A stretch of DNA of 64,000 nt, from assembly GCF_030028105.1 (NCBI RefSeq), contig NC_092386.1, positions 42,462,347 to 42,526,346 of the forward strand. Direction: 5' to 3'. The position numbers were made by a program, and so were the translations under genes. The DNA is from Mobula birostris. Its lineage: Eukaryota. This document shows positions 58,270 through 64,000 of the stretch, piece after piece (the first letter of the stretch is position 1; each line of letters starts with the position of its first letter). The notes under the pieces were generated by a model. The model made no database searches and had not been told where the DNA came from. It was given only the letters and a program-made list of their open reading frames with translations.

Positions 58270-59330
58270 ACAAACATGAGAAATTCTGCAGATACTGGAA
58301 ATCCAAGGCAACACACACACACAAAGTGCTGGAGCATCTCAGCAGGTCAGGGAGCATCCACGGAAATGAACAAACAGTTGATATTTCAGGCTGAGACCAC
58401 CTTCAGGACTGGAAAGATGCCAGAATAGAAAGGTGGGGGGAGGGTAAGGAGGATGGGTAGGAAAGGTAAAGGCTGGTGAGGAAGGAATCTGATAGGAGAG
58501 GACAGTAGACCACAGGAGAAAGAGAAGGAGGAGCAGCGGGGGGAGGTGCTAGGCAGGTGAGAAGAGGTAAAAGACCAGAGTGGGGAATAGAAGAGGAGGG
58601 GAGGAGGAGGGATTTTGTTTTAAACTGGAAGGAGAAATTGATATTAATGCCATGAGGTTTGAGGCCACCCAAATGAAATTTAAGGTGTTGCTCTTCCGCC
58701 CTGAGGGTGGTCTCATCATGGCTCAAGAGGAGGCCGTGCTCTGACACGTTGGAATGGGAATTGGAATTAAAATGTTTGGCCACCAGGAAATTCCACTGTT
58801 AGCAGACAGAGCAGAGGTGCTTGATGAAACAGTCCCCCAATTTACGACGGGTCTCACCAAACTAGAGGAGGCCACATCAGGAGCACTGAACAATATAGAG
58901 GACCCCAGTAGATTTGCACGTGAAGTGTTGCCTCACCTGGAAAGACTGTTTGGAGCCCTGAATGGAGGTGAGAGATGAGGTATGGACAGGTGTAACACCT
59001 TGTCCACTTGTAGGGTAAATGCCAGGGGGGACATTAATGAGGAGGGATGAATGGATGAGGGGATCATGGAGGGGGTGATTCCTTGGGAAGTGGAGAGAGG
59101 GGTGGAGATAAATCTGTGTTTGGTGGTAGGATCCTTTTGGAGATGGCGGAGGTTGCGGCGAATGATGTGTTGGTTTTGTATGCTCATGGGCTGGTAGGTA
59201 ACGACAGAAACTATCACTGTTAAGGTGGTGGGTGAGTGTGGATGTTCAGGAAATGGAGGAGATGCAGGTGACGACAGCATCATTGACGGAGGAAAGGAAA
59301 CCTCGTTCTTTGAAGAAGGAAGATACTAAT
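58270..59330 (-). mobile_element. Penelope-like element 3' part
   Basis: AKHFNS..EEQHLKFHLG GIY-YIG C-terminus plus terminal repeat. Confidence 0.8.
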
Positions 59331-60245
59331 AGATAATAGATTTATTAGGGAATGAGACAGAGCAGGTGACAGAAGTTTGTGTAGGGGAAAACTTTGCATC
59401 TACTGATCATAATGACATTAAGTTCTTTATAACTATGGAGAAGGTTAGGTCTGCTCCTGTGGTTGAGATTCTAAGTTGAAGACAGGTCAATATTGATGGT
59501 ATCAGCAAGGATCTGGCAATTGTGTATTGGGATATGTTGTTTTCAGGCAAAGGTATGCTTGGTAAGTGGAAGGTCTTCAAAAGTGAAATTTTGAGAGTGC
59601 AGAGTTTGTATGTTCCTGTCAGAATAAAATCAAGGATAAAAGATATAGGGAATCTTGGCTTTCAAGAGATATTGAGGACCTGGTTAAAAAAGGAGAAGTT
59701 ACATTGCAGGAATAGACAGACTAGTGGTAAGTTATTGGAAGGTATCCTAAAGGACAGGTTATCTGAGTATTTGGATAGACTGATTAGGGATAGTCAACAT
59801 GGCTTTGTGCATGGTAGATCACGTCTAACCAATCTTATAGAATACTTTGAGGAAGTTATTAGGAAGGTTGATGAAGGCAAGGCAATGGATGTTGTCAAGA
59901 TGGACTTTAGCAGTGCCTTTGACAAGGTCCTGCGTGGGAGGTTGGTCAAGAAGCTTTGATCACCTGTCATTTGGAATGAGGTAGAACATTGGATTAGACA
60001 CATTGGTTTCATGGGAAAAGCCAGAGAGTGGTCATAGATGGTTGCCTCTCTGACTGGAGGTCTATGACAAGTGTGTGCTGCAGGGATCAGAGCTGGTTCT
60101 TTTGTTGTTTTTTCGTCTATATCAATGATCTGGACAATAATGCAGTGAACTGGATCAGCAAATTTGCAGATGAGACCAAGATTGGGGGAGGGTGTTATAT
60201 TGAAGTTATAAAAGATGTTGGTGAGCCCTAATCTGGAGTATTGTG

Positions 60246-60365
60246 CTGGTGGAACGCAGCAGGCCAGGCAGCATCTATAGGAAGAAGCACAGTTGACGTT
60301 TCGAGCCGAGACCCGAAGAGTGTGTGTGTTGATAGAATTTCCAGCATCTGCAGATTTTCTTGTGT
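60246..60365. mobile_element. Penelope-derived mini-element with a 12-bp TSD
   Basis: tggagtattgtg at 60234-60245 and tggagcattgtg at 60366-60377. Confidence 0.6.
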
Positions 60366-60745
60366 TGGAGCATTGTGTGCAGTTCTGGTCACCTATCTAC
60401 AGGAAGGATATTAATAAGATTGAAAGAGTGCAGAGAAAATTTACAAGGATGTTACCAGGACTTAAGGACCTCAGTTATAAGGAAAAGTTAAAGGATTAGA
60501 ACTTTATTCCCTGGAGCTTGGAGAATAAGGGGAGATTTGATAGAGGGATAGAAAATTATGAGGGGTATAGACAGGGTAAATACAAGTAGGTTTTTCCCAC
60601 TCAGGTTGGGTGAGACTAGAACTAGAGGTCACGGGTTAATGGTGAAATGTAAATTGTTTAAGGAGAACATGAGGGGGATCTCCTTTATTCAGAGGGTTGT
60701 GAGAGTATGGAATGAGCTGCCAGCAGAACTGGTGGATTTACATTT

Positions 60746-61392
60746 AGATTTAGATTATGAGGACATTCAGTCCTCGTCTATTGTCATTTAGAAATGCATG
60801 CATGAAAAAATGATACAACTTTCCTCCAGAATGATATCACAAGAAAACACAGGACAAACCGAGACTAAAACTGACAAAACCACATTAACAGCAGTGCAAA
60901 GCAATACCATAATTTGATAAAGAGCAGACCATGGGCACAGTAAAAAAAAAAGTCTCAAAAGTCTCGATAGCCTCATCATCTCACGCAGGCAGCAGAAGGG
61001 AGAAACTCTCCTTGCCATGAACCTCCATGCGCCTCAAACTTGCTGATGCAGAACCATTGGAAGCACCTGACCACAGCGGACTCTGAGTCTGTCTGAAAAC
61101 TTCGAGCCTCCGACCAGCCCCTCCGACACAGCCTCTCCAAGCACCATCCTCTGCCAAGTGCATTGACCCCGCCCCGGCTGCCGAGCAACAAGCGAAGCCG
61201 AGGACTTGAGGCCTTCCCCTCCGGAGAATCTGGGCCACACAGTAGCAGCAGCAGTGAAGCAGGCATTTCAGAAGTTTCACCAGATGTCCCTCCGTGCTCT
61301 CACATCCATCTCTATCAAATCAGGATTGTGCACGGCACCCTACTTGACAAATAACAGACATCACCACTGGAGTGGCCACTGCGAGCTGCGTC
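60746..61392 (-). mobile_element. Apparently full-length non-coding retroposon (~650 bp)
   Basis: 5' GGAGGAGAAGATGGCGG head and (tctaaa)n tail; tggattta at both flanks. Confidence 0.7.
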
Positions 61393-62779
61393 GCGCCGCC
61401 ATCTTCTCCTCCTGGATTTAGGTTTGATTTCAAAATTTAAGAGAAGTTTGGATAGATACGTGGATGGGAGGGGTAGGGAGATCTACGGACTAGGTGCAGG
61501 TCAATGAGTCGAGGCTGATTAATGGACTAGATGGGCCGAAGTGCCTGTTTCAGTGCAGTAGTGATCTAAGACTCCATGACTCCAAAACAAAAGGCATCCA
61601 GTGAGCAGCAGTTCCTTGGGTGAAAACGACGTGTTAATGTGAGAGGTCAGAGGGGAATGGCCGGACTGGTTCAAGATAACAGGAAGACAATAGTTACTCA
61701 GATAACCATGTATTACAACAGTGGTGCTCAGAAGAGTATCTCATACCTTGAAGTGTATGGGCTGCAGCAGGGGAAGACCACACTGGGTTCAGCTCATGTA
61801 CCTAACAAAGTGGCCATTGAGTTGAATTGCATTTGTCCTTACTCAGCCCATCCCCCTAACGGATCAGTGTCTCTTTGCAATTCATTGCAATCTGCTGCAC
61901 TGTCAACAGATCCCCCTAAACTGGTATCACTGGCAAACTTGCTAGTCATACATTCATAGCCAACATTTACCTAAACGATGAATGACAGAGGTCCGTGCAC
62001 TGAGACCTGGGCGACCCTCTAGTCACTGGCTTCCAGTCAAAGAATCCATCTTCAACCATTGCTCTGTGCTTTCTATAATCGAGCCAAGTCTGAATTCACC
62101 TCACAAGCTCCCCCAGAATCCCAAGCAACTATTTCAGAACAGCCTTCCAAATGAGACCTTGTCAAAGACCTTACTAGAGTCCATATTGACAATATCCACT
62201 GCCCTACCTTCATCTAACCCTCTTAGTTACCTGCTTGAAACACCCCAAAAGATTTGTCAAACATGTATAAACCCATGGCTGACTCTTCCTGGTCAGCCTT
62301 GACTATCTAAGATAGTAGATCTTGTCCCTCAGAACTCCCTCCAGTAACTTTGCTACTACTGAAGTAGAGCTCACTGGCCTATAGTTCCCTGGTCTTCCCA
62401 GCGGTCTGAATTACTGTTTTTAAGGGGATGAAGTGAGGTTATGTTGTAGGGGACTTGTTCCTACATGTCTCCCAAATAATCTCATGGAATTTGTACATTT
62501 AAGCATTTTAATTTGTGTCAACCTTAAGCAGTTGAGGGGGCAGAGTTCTGTGTCCTACTGCAGCACAGGTGGCTGTGCTTGTTAATTGTCATCTCACTTT
62601 AAAGCTTGTGCTCAATTGTATTGTGAAATAAACAATTCACATTTTAAATTCCCTCCTTTCTCTGGAAGGAATTTTTTTCTGACAAGTTGTAGATGTATAT
62701 CAAAGTTTTTCATTGTAAACTGGATCTTGCCATCATGCATTGTAGTCCTGATGTAATAGCAGTGGAGAACCGTAGGAGG

Positions 62780-63310
62780 TGGGAGAACTTTGTGCAACTC
62801 TGTTGAGCTCCACGGACGGGAACACCCACTTGGATTACATCAAATTGCTGCCTGAGTCACAAGAAGTTCCATCCGTTCCCTTAGGGCAAATCAATCTCTC
62901 CAAAGCAGTAGTTTACTGGCCAGGTTGTACCAGCTCCATGGGACCACATGTTCAGGAATTGTACAGCACTATAAGGAGAAGTATCATCACCATCATACCC
63001 AAGCAGAATGTAGCGAGCGAGGACAAGAGGAATTGGAGACCTACCTTGTTGTTGAATGTGGATTACATACAGTAATTCTCTCCAAGGCTGTCGCCAGTTG
63101 AGTCAAGTCTGTTCATGATACAGGTGATCCATTCAGACCAGGCTTGCAATGCGTCCAGCAGAACAACCTGCCACAACCAAATGCTGTTCCAGGATACCAT
63201 CACTTTTGTGTAGGACAATGGAGTACACGCGGAATTTGTCAGCTGGGATTAGGAAAAGGCTTTTGACAATATTACACCCATACACATGTACTGTATATTT
63301 TCCTCAAAGT
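62780..63310 (+). mobile_element. Tx1/L1-clade RT fragment
   Basis: NWRPTLLLNVDY remnant. Confidence 0.6.
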
Positions 63311-64000
63311 GCACATAGACAAGTTGAAGGTCAAATTTAATTGTCATTCAACCCACGTGAATATTCATGATATAGCTAAATGAAACAATGTTAATCTGGC
63401 ACCAAGGTGCAAAACAAAGTAGCAACAGTCACACACAGCACAGGACACATATAGCACCTATAAGATATCAGTAAAATACAGTCCACATGAAAAAATATAC
63501 AGGCAGGACCCTGAGTCCATGAATGTTGCTGCAGTTGAACACAATACAGCTTGTCTTCTGCCGAGCAAACACTGGGGGCAGCACTGACTCCAGCTTGGAC
63601 ACCGCACCACACCGCTTCCAGTGGAACACAACTCTGACACCACTCTCCCAGGCAGATCAAGGTGCAAGAGGAGTGACGATGCAGGAAATGGAGGCACTCA
63701 GGTCAAAGCATCCCTGTGCACAGACAATGTTCGATCTACAGATTGATCAAGTTCAAGCCTAATCATCATTCAACCATGCGTGAATATAACCAAATGAAAC
63801 AGCATTCCTCTGCAACTAAGGTGCAAAACACATTACCATCAGCACACTGCACAAATAGCACATATGGCTATGATTTCGTTAAAACATCCATTCACCAAAA
63901 AAAATATATATAAAGCTCAAATCCCTCAGCGCAATGACTTGATTATGGTAAGTTGGCCTGGTCTAGCTTCTTCTTTCACTGAGTGAACACTAGAGGGCAG

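Larger units (their letters stand above)
59335..61580 (+). mobile_element. CR1 LINE pieces interrupted by two insertions
   Basis: SQHGFVHGRSRLTNL, FADETKIGG and EHCVQFWSP motifs; 3' tail near 61500-61580. Confidence 0.8.

Overview
Eukaryotic (vertebrate) genomic DNA. The CR1/Rex1/Penelope/Tc1-rich repeat landscape suggests a cartilaginous fish such as a ray or shark (inference). Three protein-coding genes are reconstructable exon by exon. QNG1/C9orf64 (+) has 4 coding exons at 3389-13496 and encodes 340 aa. HNRNPK (-) has 13 coding exons at 43976-35729, encodes 412 aa, and carries the miR-7 hairpin in its last intron. RMI1 (+) has a single coding exon at 50595-52541 and lies head-to-head with HNRNPK across a CpG island. 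A second CpG island (~1250-2150) looks bidirectional, with an RFX X-box and a minus-strand donor, and probably serves a divergent gene outside the window (KIF27 by recalled synteny). The rest is mostly transposon debris: a full-length L1 with TSDs, CR1s, Penelope-like elements, Tc1s, Rex1 and a multi-layer nest. The most notable unannotated signals are: (1) minimal hammerhead ribozyme motifs in Penelope-derived repeats, including TSD-flanked fold-back mini-elements; (2) a decayed twister-ribozyme motif at the 5' end of an RTE-derived short element; (3) a 277-nt AG-free, CCC-rich zone before a frameshifting HNRNPK exon and a C26 tract before a 16-nt microexon, both candidate hnRNP K autoregulation sites; (4) a CpG-rich TIR element beside miR-7. 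All comparisons to human sequence are from memory; no searches were run.
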